NCBI GenBank assembly: GCA_052279835.1
Contig: CP181291.1
Location: forward strand, 2,304,001 to 2,368,000
Length of the DNA stretch: 64,000 nucleotides
Direction of reading: 5' to 3'
From: Microcoleus sp.
GTDB taxonomy: Bacteria > Cyanobacteriota > Cyanobacteriia > Cyanobacteriales > Microcoleaceae
Shown here: one piece after another, positions 42,019 through 50,362 of the stretch
How positions within the stretch are numbered: the stretch's first letter is position 1
Layout: each line of letters begins with the position of its first letter
The notes under the pieces: model-generated
What the model saw: only the letters and a program-made list of their open reading frames with translations
What the model was told of the DNA's origin: nothing
Database searches by the model: none
Position numbers and translations under genes: made by a program

Positions 42019-42148
42019 AAGCTTTCTCCTGGTCCAAACAGGAGCAAAGGCTAGCCACAGCTAGCAGTTCGATTCAAGAGCCGCCCAGCGGCACCGTTAA
42101 GTCCAGACCGTTGTTGTTTCTCTCTCAGTTCTATTAGGAGGAAATCCA

Positions 42149-42502
42149 ATGTCTCACTTTAGCACTCTGCGTACCAAAATCACCGATGCCGAAATCTTGA
42201 AAGCTTCCCTACGCGACTTGGGTATCACAGTCAAGTCAGAAGCTGATGTTCGCGGCTACAACGGCCAACGTGTTCGCTCCGACATCGTAGCAACTCTCGA
42301 AGGCGAATATGACTTGGGTTGGTCTCGCAATAGCGACGGTTCTTTCGACTTGATTGCAGACTTGTGGGGCGTTGCCAAAAAGCACAATCAAACCGAGTTG
42401 ATCAACTCGATCAACCAGAAGTACGCAGTGAACAAAACCTTGGCAGCAGTCAAGCAACGTGGTTTGCAAAACGCCAACGTTAAGCTGGTAGTTCAAAACT
42501 AA
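42149..42502 (+). CDS. ycf35: DUF1257 / Ycf35 family protein
   Basis: MSHFSTLRTKI, VRGYNGQ, YDLGW, LIADLW; RBS AGGAGG. Confidence 0.85.
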   Translation: MSHFSTLRTKITDAEILKASLRDLGITVKSEADVRGYNGQRVRSDIVATLEGEYDLGWSRNSDGSFDLIADLWGVAKKHNQTELINSINQKYAVNKTLAAVKQRGLQNANVKLVVQN

Positions 42503-42526
42503 TTGATCTGCGCGTTTCTAAGCTAG

Positions 42527-42558
42527 CGGGTTAACCTCATAGGGTTAACCCGTTTTTT
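42527..42558 (+). terminator. Rho-independent terminator
   Basis: cgggttaacc-tcatag-ggttaacccg stem-loop followed by TTTTTT. Confidence 0.8.
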
Positions 42559-42575
42559 CGTAACAAAAATAGAAT

Positions 42576-42720
42576 TTATAGCAACCGCCAAGGTGGTTAA
42601 GGCATAACTTTGGGGTAAGGGCTCTCGCATTCGGGCAGATAATTTATGGGTTTTACTCAAGAATTTTCCGCCCGAATGCGAGAGCCCCTACTGCCTTAAT
42701 CGACTTGGCGGTTGCTATAA
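42576..42720. mobile_element. 145-bp MITE-like palindrome with a nested GTAG/REP-like hairpin
   Basis: Outer IR ttatagcaaccgccaag...cttggcggttgctataa (17 bp perfect); inner gggctctcgcattcgggc...gcccgaatgcgagagccc (18 bp perfect). Confidence 0.8.
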
Positions 42721-42721
42721 G

Positions 42722-45097
42722 TTAAAACCAGCGCTTTTTCAGTTTTTTTAAGTGAGATTGCCTCAAATTCTCCACCAACTTCCGCAACTGGTTCAAATTA
42801 CCCATTTCCCCTCCGTACTTCCAGCGCACATAAGCCTGAGAAACCTCCTCAATCACATCTGCTTCATCAGTTCCCTGATTTTGGCGCATCGCCTCAGCAT
42901 ACTCCAAAGGCGTTTGAGCGCGAGTTTTGGCAAATCCGCGACTAGCCAAATCCTTCAACATTTCCTGATAAACCCCCTCCACAGGCGGTAACTTCCCTAG
43001 CCAACGACGGTAACGCCACTTACGCCACAGTTGCCAAATTAACCAGCCTAGGAAGCCAAAGGCGATCGCAGCAATTAAGCCAGTAAACAGCCCCACCCAG
43101 CCCTTCGCCAACTGCGCCAAAAACCAGCCCACCATTAAACTAATCCAGCCAATTACAAAACCTATGACTGAATCTAACCCACTTCTCAGAGGTGTTGGTA
43201 GCCAACCCGCTACCCACTTCCAAAATGATTCCAGGGCGCTAAAAGTCTGGTTATCTTCCACCGAAGCCGGAATCAGAGGATAACCGGGAATCGGATTAAA
43301 AGCAAACCAGCCGTAATTGGGAAAATATACCTCCGTCATCAAGAAAGCATCGGTATTTTTGACAATATATAAACCCGTAAATGGGTTGAATTCCCCCGTG
43401 TCAAATCCGCCCACCATCCGCGCCGGAATTCCGATCGACCTCAGCATGATTGTCAGCACCGTCGAAAAGTGGTCTGGATATCCACCTGTTACCTTTTTGC
43501 CGCCCTGGGTATTTTGATAACCAAACAGAAAACTCTCGACTAAATCTTCATTTTCTTCTAAATAAGGCAAGGCTTTTTCAATTTTATAATTCGGATTTTG
43601 CTTTAAATATTGAGCTAAATATAAAGCTTTTTCGTAGGGAGAGTCGATCGCTCTATCTGATTTAGCTACTCTAGTTCTAGCCAGCAATATTTCCTCGGTT
43701 TTGGCCCGCACCTTGGCCGCAATTTTCGGAGGCACATCTAAATAGAACTTGCGAATATTTTTCGGGTAATTAGTACCCGTTTTATTCAACAAATCCCGAT
43801 CGCGATAAGGCACATTAGAAATCACCGTATAAGTCAAACCCTCAGCCAACTCCACAGGCGATCGCAATCCGCCCTCCGCATCAATTGCCACATCCGTAGT
43901 CGGAAAATAAAGCTCCTTAGCCTTGTTTAAAGCCGGAATCAAATTCGGCAATTGAGCAACAATAGTATAACTTTGAATCACTTCTTGAGTCCGGGGTGCA
44001 TTCGGAAACGGATTCAGATAAAATTGATAGGACCACCTTGGTCTGTTAATCTTTTGAGCTTGTTCGTTGCGAGAAATTTCCCAGCCCTGACCCGTGTATT
44101 TGTCAAAGCCTAATACCCGCCAAAAACCCGCAGCCTGCGATCGCACCCGCATCACCACTTGAGGTGTCATTTCCCCCCGTAAATTTTGATTGATGCGCTG
44201 ATTGAAACCGTAATAAAAAGTAGAGTCAACCTCTCCTGGACCTTTGTCTGGGTTTCTCCCCCTTCCTGTGCCACTTCCTTTTTGATTTCCCCCTCTGACA
44301 TAGCCGGGATTCAGAATACTGCGGGAGTCAAACTCCCCCTTATATTCAATGGGAGCACTCACCGGAAAAGTCCGTAATTGATAGCCAGGGAGGCGTGGTA
44401 AAAATGCAAATATAGTCAGCCCCAATCCCACAGTTATTAGCAACAATAAACCAAAAGATTTTGGAGATAGGGTGGCTGCAAATAATGACCAGTTTTTGTT
44501 TTTTTGAGCTTGATATTCTACATTTTGCTTAGTCTTGTCTACCTGGGAGAGTCCCAAGCGCGATCGATAATCCAAAACTAAAGTCGGGAGCGCTAAAGCT
44601 AAAAACAGTAACAGCAGTGGTCCAAAAGTCAAGGTTTGGCTGAGAGTCCCTGCTACTCCTAACAAAATCAGCCCGATTACCATCGAGTAGCCTAAATCTT
44701 TGCGGCGCGGCAAATCGAAGCTGTGCAGCACTTGAACTTGAATTAATAGTTGGGCCAAAACTAACCTTGTATCGTTCAATTCTCCTACCAAACGGCTGAA
44801 GAATGCGAACAGGGCTACCAGCATACCAATGGCGATGCAGAATTTAGCTGCTACATTGCGATCGCGCCGGCGATACCAACTCCAAGTTGCCCCCACAATA
44901 CTAACCGGCACTGCCCAAAGATTGAGATTCTCTTCCGAAGCAACATCCGTAGCCACAATTCCTACTATTACCAACAACTGAACTAGGATTCGCAGCAGTA
45001 AAGAATCCTCAGTCACCGGCGGAGGCATTGCCTCTATCTGCTCCCACAGCTTACCAAAAAAAGGTATCTTTCGCAGGTTATCAGTTGTCATTTGCAC
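42722..45097 (-). CDS. Membrane transglutaminase-like protein (TgpA/DUF3488 + DUF4129)
   Basis: N-terminal TMs, FAFLPR, FWR..GFDKY.G, GYPDHFST..ML RSIGIPAR, EVYFP.YGW, QTPLEY. Pro sits where the catalytic Cys is usually found. Confidence 0.85.
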   Translation of the reverse strand: MQMTTDNLRKIPFFGKLWEQIEAMPPPVTEDSLLLRILVQLLVIVGIVATDVASEENLNLWAVPVSIVGATWSWYRRRDRNVAAKFCIAIGMLVALFAFFSRLVGELNDTRLVLAQLLIQVQVLHSFDLPRRKDLGYSMVIGLILLGVAGTLSQTLTFGPLLLLFLALALPTLVLDYRSRLGLSQVDKTKQNVEYQAQKNKNWSLFAATLSPKSFGLLLLITVGLGLTIFAFLPRLPGYQLRTFPVSAPIEYKGEFDSRSILNPGYVRGGNQKGSGTGRGRNPDKGPGEVDSTFYYGFNQRINQNLRGEMTPQVVMRVRSQAAGFWRVLGFDKYTGQGWEISRNEQAQKINRPRWSYQFYLNPFPNAPRTQEVIQSYTIVAQLPNLIPALNKAKELYFPTTDVAIDAEGGLRSPVELAEGLTYTVISNVPYRDRDLLNKTGTNYPKNIRKFYLDVPPKIAAKVRAKTEEILLARTRVAKSDRAIDSPYEKALYLAQYLKQNPNYKIEKALPYLEENEDLVESFLFGYQNTQGGKKVTGGYPDHFSTVLTIMLRSIGIPARMVGGFDTGEFNPFTGLYIVKNTDAFLMTEVYFPNYGWFAFNPIPGYPLIPASVEDNQTFSALESFWKWVAGWLPTPLRSGLDSVIGFVIGWISLMVGWFLAQLAKGWVGLFTGLIAAIAFGFLGWLIWQLWRKWRYRRWLGKLPPVEGVYQEMLKDLASRGFAKTRAQTPLEYAEAMRQNQGTDEADVIEEVSQAYVRWKYGGEMGNLNQLRKLVENLRQSHLKKLKKRWF

Positions 45098-45232
45098 CCC
45101 TTCGATTTTCCCTGGTTTATTTGTGATTGTTTATACCGATTGATTTGGGGGCTGATTACCAAATTGCGATCGGTAAAAATCCTATTCAAAAACGCAGTTA
45201 TTTATTTAATATTTGCCTTTGTAGTTGCAATT

Positions 45233-46054
45233 TTAGACAGCCAAAGTAGGACGAATCGCAAACATCAAAGGTCTGGCATCGAAGTTTTGGAAGCGAACTT
45301 CTAGTGCATAGGTTTTGTCAGGTTGCGGGTCAAACAACTCCACACTTAAATTACCTGAATTTGGTCGCTGTGCACTTGCTTGTGCATTTTCTCCTTTAAG
45401 TTCCAAACTTCCTCCTCCGGGAAATTGACACTCAACTCTCAAAGATGTCATCGAATGTTCTGTGTCAATCCTTGACTGGTATTGGGCTTCTAGAGTGAGG
45501 GAACCCAATGCAGTCAGCCATTCTCGTGATACTGGCGACTGATTTGCCGGACAATTCAAAGTTAGAGAATCCAGAATTTCCCGCGCGGCCATCAGCGACA
45601 GTAGCATTTGTTGGTCGGCTGTTGCGGCTTCGTAATTAGGAAAATCCTCTATATCTAAAACTTCAACTCCGCGCACAGCACCTCTGAGCACTAAGCCAGC
45701 TAATTCGTTGAGTTCCTGAGATTGGTCGGGAAACAAGCTATCTACAGCCTGAACTAATTTCGATCCTTCTCGCAGCGACGACATTACCAGATTCTGACAG
45801 GGTTCTAGGAGTTGAGCAAATACCCCTTGGGCGATCGGAATTGGCAGGCGTCCCCATCTGATATTTTGGAGTTGGGGTGTCCAGAGGTGTAGGGGGGGAA
45901 CCCATTGGGGGGTTACATCGTCTGGATAGTCGTGGTCGTAGCTTTGAATTTCTGTTTCCCAAGGAAACAGCGGCGGGTTGGATTCAATCGAGGCTCTTAG
46001 CCTCTGTTTTAACAAAGTCTGAAAACGATCTTGCACGGTTGGTATTTCTCCCAT
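45233..46054 (-). CDS. patU: PatU C-terminal part (PatU3-like)
   Basis: GEIPTVQDRFQ.LLK.RL...IE..PPLFPWE; immediately downstream of hetZ. The frame stays open upstream to ~46189. Confidence 0.8.
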   Translation of the reverse strand: MGEIPTVQDRFQTLLKQRLRASIESNPPLFPWETEIQSYDHDYPDDVTPQWVPPLHLWTPQLQNIRWGRLPIPIAQGVFAQLLEPCQNLVMSSLREGSKLVQAVDSLFPDQSQELNELAGLVLRGAVRGVEVLDIEDFPNYEAATADQQMLLSLMAAREILDSLTLNCPANQSPVSREWLTALGSLTLEAQYQSRIDTEHSMTSLRVECQFPGGGSLELKGENAQASAQRPNSGNLSVELFDPQPDKTYALEVRFQNFDARPLMFAIRPTLAV

Positions 46055-46100
46055 TGTCAGCGGTTGTGCGGTTTCATTGCTTTGGGTCCCTACTTGATAA

Positions 46101-46295
46101 TCAAGTGGGTCTGGTTCGTCCCATTCCCAGTATTCCCTCTCGGAAGGCTCTCCTGTGTCGTCCCACTCTTGGGAGGGAAACGACCCCAGTTAATTTTTCC
46201 TGATCTTCACTCAAGGCATTGGCAGGCGCTTGCAATATCCAGTCTAAAAAATGGCGCTCGAAAGCCTCTGCATCCCTGTTCGTTTCGTTATTCAT
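46101..46295 (-). CDS. patU: PatU N-terminal fragment (PatU5-like), out of frame with the rest of patU
   Basis: MNNE...AFERHFLDWIL overlaps the hetZ stop; a 1-nt shift around 46170-46189 would join it to the patU3 frame. Confidence 0.6.
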   Translation of the reverse strand: MNNETNRDAEAFERHFLDWILQAPANALSEDQEKLTGVVSLPRVGRHRRAFREGILGMGRTRPT

Positions 46296-47469
46296 CACTA
46301 GATGCCCCTTCTCCGGAATCTGAACGATTACGCAATTCCCAGGCCAGTTCCAGCAACTTAAACCACCTTTTCTGTACCTGGGCTACCGTGCTGCCGAGGG
46401 TTTGTGCGATCGCTGAATCTGACAGACCCTGTTGCTTCAACTTTAGCAAACGCTGTCCCTCTGGGCCAATTTGCTCAGAAAAAGCTTGCCACTCAGCCGG
46501 CAGCAAACCCAAGTTTCGATCTAAGTCTGCTTCTAGCCACTGGTGAACCAGTTCCCAGCGGTGAGACATCGCAAACCGAAGCAAATGGTATTTGAAGCGC
46601 TGCTGCAAATAGTCTCTTTGGCGGGGAGTGATGCCCAGAATTGCCTCTATTTCCTGGGTTGGCAAATCTTGCAACCTCAGCACAAAATAATCTGCACATT
46701 CTTGTTGGTTGCGCTCTTTCAAGTAAGCAACTAATTCGTCAATCACGTTTTGTCGCAGAGACTCTGACTCCTCGCCGTTGGGGCGAATTCCACTAGCACC
46801 TTGTCCGGCCATCGCCTCTCGTACTGAGTGTACTGAAGAGTCGTTCCAGGTTTGGTCAGAATCTGTAGCCCCTCCGTCTGCGGCTTGTTCCATATCTACG
46901 GAGGTTTCTTTGGGCTGCTGCTGGGAAAAGGTTTGGGCCCGCAAAATAATTAGTTGCTGGCTGCGGTTCCGAGGCAAAGGAATACGCCGTTTACCAAAGC
47001 GCTCTACAAATGCCATGTACTCTGCTAATTCTAAGCGAGTGCGGGGGCTGTAGGTGGGTGGCAGTTGCGTTTCGCGCCGGAATGCTTTTAAAGCTTCGAG
47101 ATAAAATCCTTGCAAGAAATCTTTGATCAGCTCAATCCGCGCCTGGTAGCTAGATTGCACCTGGGGTGGAGTGATGTAGCGATAGACGATCGCGCTGAGG
47201 GTACTGTGTAATTCTACTCGTCCTGGCCCGGAGCCTAAATTGTAATAATGGAGGCATTGTTGCAAGCGGTGCTGGGCGAGACCTAGGGCAGAACCTTCTA
47301 TGTCTCCAGAGGCTTGAATCCGCTGGCTTTCTGTGCATATCCTGTTGACTTCTGCTGCGAGTCGTCCTGCTACATCCCGGCAATTCTGCTCAGACGCGCG
47401 AGTGGACTTTGTAAGTTCGTCTAACAGCAGTTGAAAGATGGTTTCCACGCTCTGGCAGATTTCCCGCAT
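46288..47469 (-). CDS. hetZ: HetZ family protein
   Basis: GRVELHSTLSAIVYRYI, FLQGFYLEAL.AFRRE, LELAEYMAF.ER..KRRI.LP, LG.TPRQRDYLQQRFKYH, WELVHQWLEA. Confidence 0.88.
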   Translation of the reverse strand: MREICQSVETIFQLLLDELTKSTRASEQNCRDVAGRLAAEVNRICTESQRIQASGDIEGSALGLAQHRLQQCLHYYNLGSGPGRVELHSTLSAIVYRYITPPQVQSSYQARIELIKDFLQGFYLEALKAFRRETQLPPTYSPRTRLELAEYMAFVERFGKRRIPLPRNRSQQLIILRAQTFSQQQPKETSVDMEQAADGGATDSDQTWNDSSVHSVREAMAGQGASGIRPNGEESESLRQNVIDELVAYLKERNQQECADYFVLRLQDLPTQEIEAILGITPRQRDYLQQRFKYHLLRFAMSHRWELVHQWLEADLDRNLGLLPAEWQAFSEQIGPEGQRLLKLKQQGLSDSAIAQTLGSTVAQVQKRWFKLLELAWELRNRSDSGEGASSDE

Positions 47470-47640
47470 GATTGTTTACAACTAACCTTGAAACTAGCAC
47501 ACTCATGTGACTTTAGATAGAACACTTTAGATTTGCGAGATGCTTGCAGGTGGTCCCAGCTATCCCATAGTTTTACAATACTTGGACGCGCACCTGCTAA
47601 CCTGAAATTCTGAATATCCAATCTCAAATTATAGCGACCG

Positions 47641-48126
47641 ATGGATTTAGATCTACAGATTCGAGCACTCATCGATAAAGCTCCCCCTGACGGTTCGACA
47701 CCACAAATTCTAGAGGCGATCTCCCCGGCGCTGCGATTACTTGCCCAACAGCTTGAGCATCTGGAATACTTTATTTTGCAAAACTTCGATCGAAGTTGGG
47801 CGATCGCGGTTTTGAGCAATCTCAAGCAACCTGGGCAAGAGAAGCGGGTGATTTATGCTTGGAGTAATTTGAAAGATGCTTCCCAGGCTCCGGCTGCTGC
47901 GGGCGATCGTATCTTGCCTGTATCCATGCCTGTTACTCACATTTTATTTCAGATGCTAGCTCTCGAAGGTCTCGACAGTATAGTTTTTTTTGAAACTCCG
48001 GGCAATCTCGAAGTCGGCACGGAAGTCAGTCGCGACCAAGTGCAGAACTTAATTAATGTTTACTTGCAACAGTATCGATCGACTTTACTGTCAAATTCTA
48101 GCAATCTCCCCCCGGATATTGCTTAG
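47641..48126 (+). CDS. Conserved cyanobacterial hypothetical protein
   Basis: 161-aa ATG ORF divergent from hetZ (L.HLEYFILQ, PVTHILFQ, DSIVFFE.PG). Confidence 0.7.
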   Translation: MDLDLQIRALIDKAPPDGSTPQILEAISPALRLLAQQLEHLEYFILQNFDRSWAIAVLSNLKQPGQEKRVIYAWSNLKDASQAPAAAGDRILPVSMPVTHILFQMLALEGLDSIVFFETPGNLEVGTEVSRDQVQNLINVYLQQYRSTLLSNSSNLPPDIA

Positions 48127-48295
48127 TTGGGAATTGGGCATTGGGAATTGTTCATCGGGCAACCCCCCAGCCCCCCAGGGGGGAAGGAATGGGGAATGGG
48201 GAATTGGCATTGGGCATTGGGCCCAAGAGCATTGGGCATTGGGCATTGCTCTCCCACTGTCCCCTCTTCCTTCTTCCTTCTTCCTTCTTCCTTCT
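48126..48295. repeat. STRR arrays (TTGGGAA/TTGGGCA and TTCCTTC) with a C/G palindrome
   Basis: Tandem 7-mers between convergent genes, plus ccccccagccccccagggggg. Confidence 0.8.
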
Positions 48296-49265
48296 AATAA
48301 AGTCGGCTCAAAACGTATTCCGCCAAATCAATCAAAGCTTGGCGAGACTCTGAATGGGGCATTGATGCCAAGTATTCGACCGCTTTCTGTGCGTGATTTG
48401 TGGCTAATTCTCGCGATCTTGCTATACCTTGAGAATCTGCCACCAGTGCTAGGGCCTGCTCTAAATCTCCTTCTTGGGCAAACTCTCGTTCTATGAGAAC
48501 TTCCAAGTAAGGCTTTTCTTCCAGGGCAAATAGTGCTGGTGCTGTCAGATTACCGCTGATCAAATCGGAACCGGCGGGTTTCCCCAAAGTTTCTGTTGAA
48601 GCGGTGAAATCTAATATATCATCTACTATTTGGAATGCCAAACCAATGTTGCGACCGTAGTTGTACAAATCGTCTGCTACTTCCGCTGAAACCTCGCTCA
48701 AACAGCCCGCTGCTTTGGAACTGTTGGCAATTAAAGAGGCTGTTTTGTAATAACTTTTTTCTAGGTACGCTTCGATCGACAAACTGGTATCAAACCCATT
48801 TAGTCCCTGTTGAATTTCTCCCTCTGCTAAATCCATAATCACTTCTGAAAGCAGTTTGACTACTGTCAGGTTGTCGAGATTTGCCAAATGCCAGGAGGAT
48901 TGAGCAAACAGAAAATCTCCCGCCAATACTGCCACTCGATTGTTAAACCGACTGTGAACCGTCGGCACTCCCCGCCTCAGATCCGACTCGTCCACCACGT
49001 CGTCGTGGACTAGACTTGCCGTGTGGATCATTTCCGTGATTTCGGCGAGGCGACGGTGTTTTTCGGTGATTTCCCGATCGGGCATCGTCGCCTTGGCGAC
49101 CAACAAGACTATTGCGGGTCTCACCCGTTTTCCCTTTGTGCCGAATAAGTATTCCGCAGCCGCGTACAAAATGGGATGACGGGCACCCACTAACTGTTTC
49201 AAGTTTTCTGTCAACAGTCGCAGGTCTTCTTCAACCGAGGAAAATAGGAGAGTGCTAGAGATCAT
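48294..49265 (-). CDS. sds: Solanesyl diphosphate synthase
   Basis: Motifs GKRVRP, EMIHTASLVHDDVVD..RRG, LAFQIVDDILD, GKP.GSDL. Confidence 0.93.
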   Translation of the reverse strand: MISSTLLFSSVEEDLRLLTENLKQLVGARHPILYAAAEYLFGTKGKRVRPAIVLLVAKATMPDREITEKHRRLAEITEMIHTASLVHDDVVDESDLRRGVPTVHSRFNNRVAVLAGDFLFAQSSWHLANLDNLTVVKLLSEVIMDLAEGEIQQGLNGFDTSLSIEAYLEKSYYKTASLIANSSKAAGCLSEVSAEVADDLYNYGRNIGLAFQIVDDILDFTASTETLGKPAGSDLISGNLTAPALFALEEKPYLEVLIEREFAQEGDLEQALALVADSQGIARSRELATNHAQKAVEYLASMPHSESRQALIDLAEYVLSRLY

Positions 49266-49289
49266 GGATACGCCGACTCAAGCCGTAAA

Positions 49290-49307
49290 GTAACAAAATT
49301 TTACATA
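49290..49307. promoter_or_regulatory. HLR1-like (RpaB) site upstream of sds
   Basis: GTAACAAA-AT-TTTACATA, 25-42 bp before the sds start. Confidence 0.45.
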
Positions 49308-49919
49308 TCATATCTTTATTTTAAGGTAATTCTCTGCGATCGGGAACAAAAATCTCTGCGATCGATAGCGATCTATCCTCTGTCATCAGCCAGAAGTTAT
49401 GGGCTTGAGGGTGAGCAGCAGCAGGCTACCAGAGACGTGACCCTATTGTATCGAATTGTTAAGGACTTTGGGAAAAAATCTTTAAATGCCATAAAACCTG
49501 TGCTATACTAAATATTAAGGATTTAAACAATTCCATACATTAAGCCCAGCTAAATCAGCAGGCAGCTTTAGAGTATCTGCAAGAGGTTGTTAGAGCCAGC
49601 CTTGTTAACCCGATCGCGACCAAAAACTCTGGTAAGTATTTTTTGCTCATGGGAGCAAAAAAAACACGAGTTAATGGTAGTGGATTGTATGTGTGCGGTA
49701 GCTCAAGGCAGCTAGAGTGCAACACTTTAGGCTGTTAAAGCATAAATAAAGCAGTAAATGATAGTGGACAGGGAAAAGTTTATTTTTCCCGATCGCTAAT
49801 TATATCAAAAAGCAGCCTTTAGAGTCAAGGCGTTGTTTTGTGTGCTGACTTAATGTAGTAGGTGTTGAACCCGTCCTCCCCCTGTTTGACCTTCTCCTCC
49901 TCGACTGGTGGCTCTAATT

Positions 49920-50078
49920 ATGATTTACCGTGATATTCCTCTAATTATTCCCATTCTGGCCACGGGCTATGTAATGACTATTTATTTGCTGCTAATCTTG
50001 GCCGAACGCAGCGCTAAAATAACTCGACTGGGTGGGTGGCGCTTGCCTGAAGCGGAATCCCGAAGCACCGTGCGCTAA
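49920..50078 (+). CDS. Small single-TM protein (52 aa), not in the ORF track
   Basis: MIYRDIPLIIPILATGYVMTIYLLLILAERSAKITRLGGWRLPEAESRSTVR*; GGTGG RBS-like sequence upstream and a strong hairpin downstream. Confidence 0.55.
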   Translation: MIYRDIPLIIPILATGYVMTIYLLLILAERSAKITRLGGWRLPEAESRSTVR

Positions 50079-50110
50079 GCTACAACTAAATAATTCTCAA
50101 TAGTCAATTG

Positions 50111-50150
50111 ATAACCCTGCCTCTGTACTGACATACAGAGGCAGGGTTAT
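50111..50150 (+). terminator. 17-bp perfect hairpin
   Basis: ataaccctgcctctgta-ctgaca-tacagaggcagggttat. Confidence 0.7.
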
Positions 50151-50162
50151 GATTAGATAGAC

Positions 50163-50220
50163 TCGTGAACTACCAAACACTCATCGCGTAGGGCTGTTAG
50201 TGTGGGCTTCCCAATTCAAG
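50163..50220. mobile_element. IS200/IS605-family end remnant (no tnpA/tnpB)
   Basis: tcgtgaactacc...(hairpin)...gtgggcttcccaattca resembles the subterminal-hairpin ends of cyanobacterial IS605-type elements. Confidence 0.45.
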
Positions 50221-50362
50221 GACAACAGCTTTAGCTAAAAATGATAAAATCCTGGTGGCCAAAACGGTGAAGAGCGCTATCCAGCAAATTATAAAAGCTA
50301 ACATCTACTAATAAGTTTGTATTAATTTTCGCTTCCGCCTGCATCTCTACCCAGGTTTGCCC

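Noticed and set aside
49693..49740. tRNA-like stretch gcggtagctcaaggcagctagag
   Set aside because: Resembles a D-arm only; no TTCGA T-loop or matching acceptor stem.
45233..50360. patX/patS-like RG(S/T)GR peptide near hetZ-patU
   Set aside because: No small ORF with the motif was found by eye; the 52-aa ORF lacks it.
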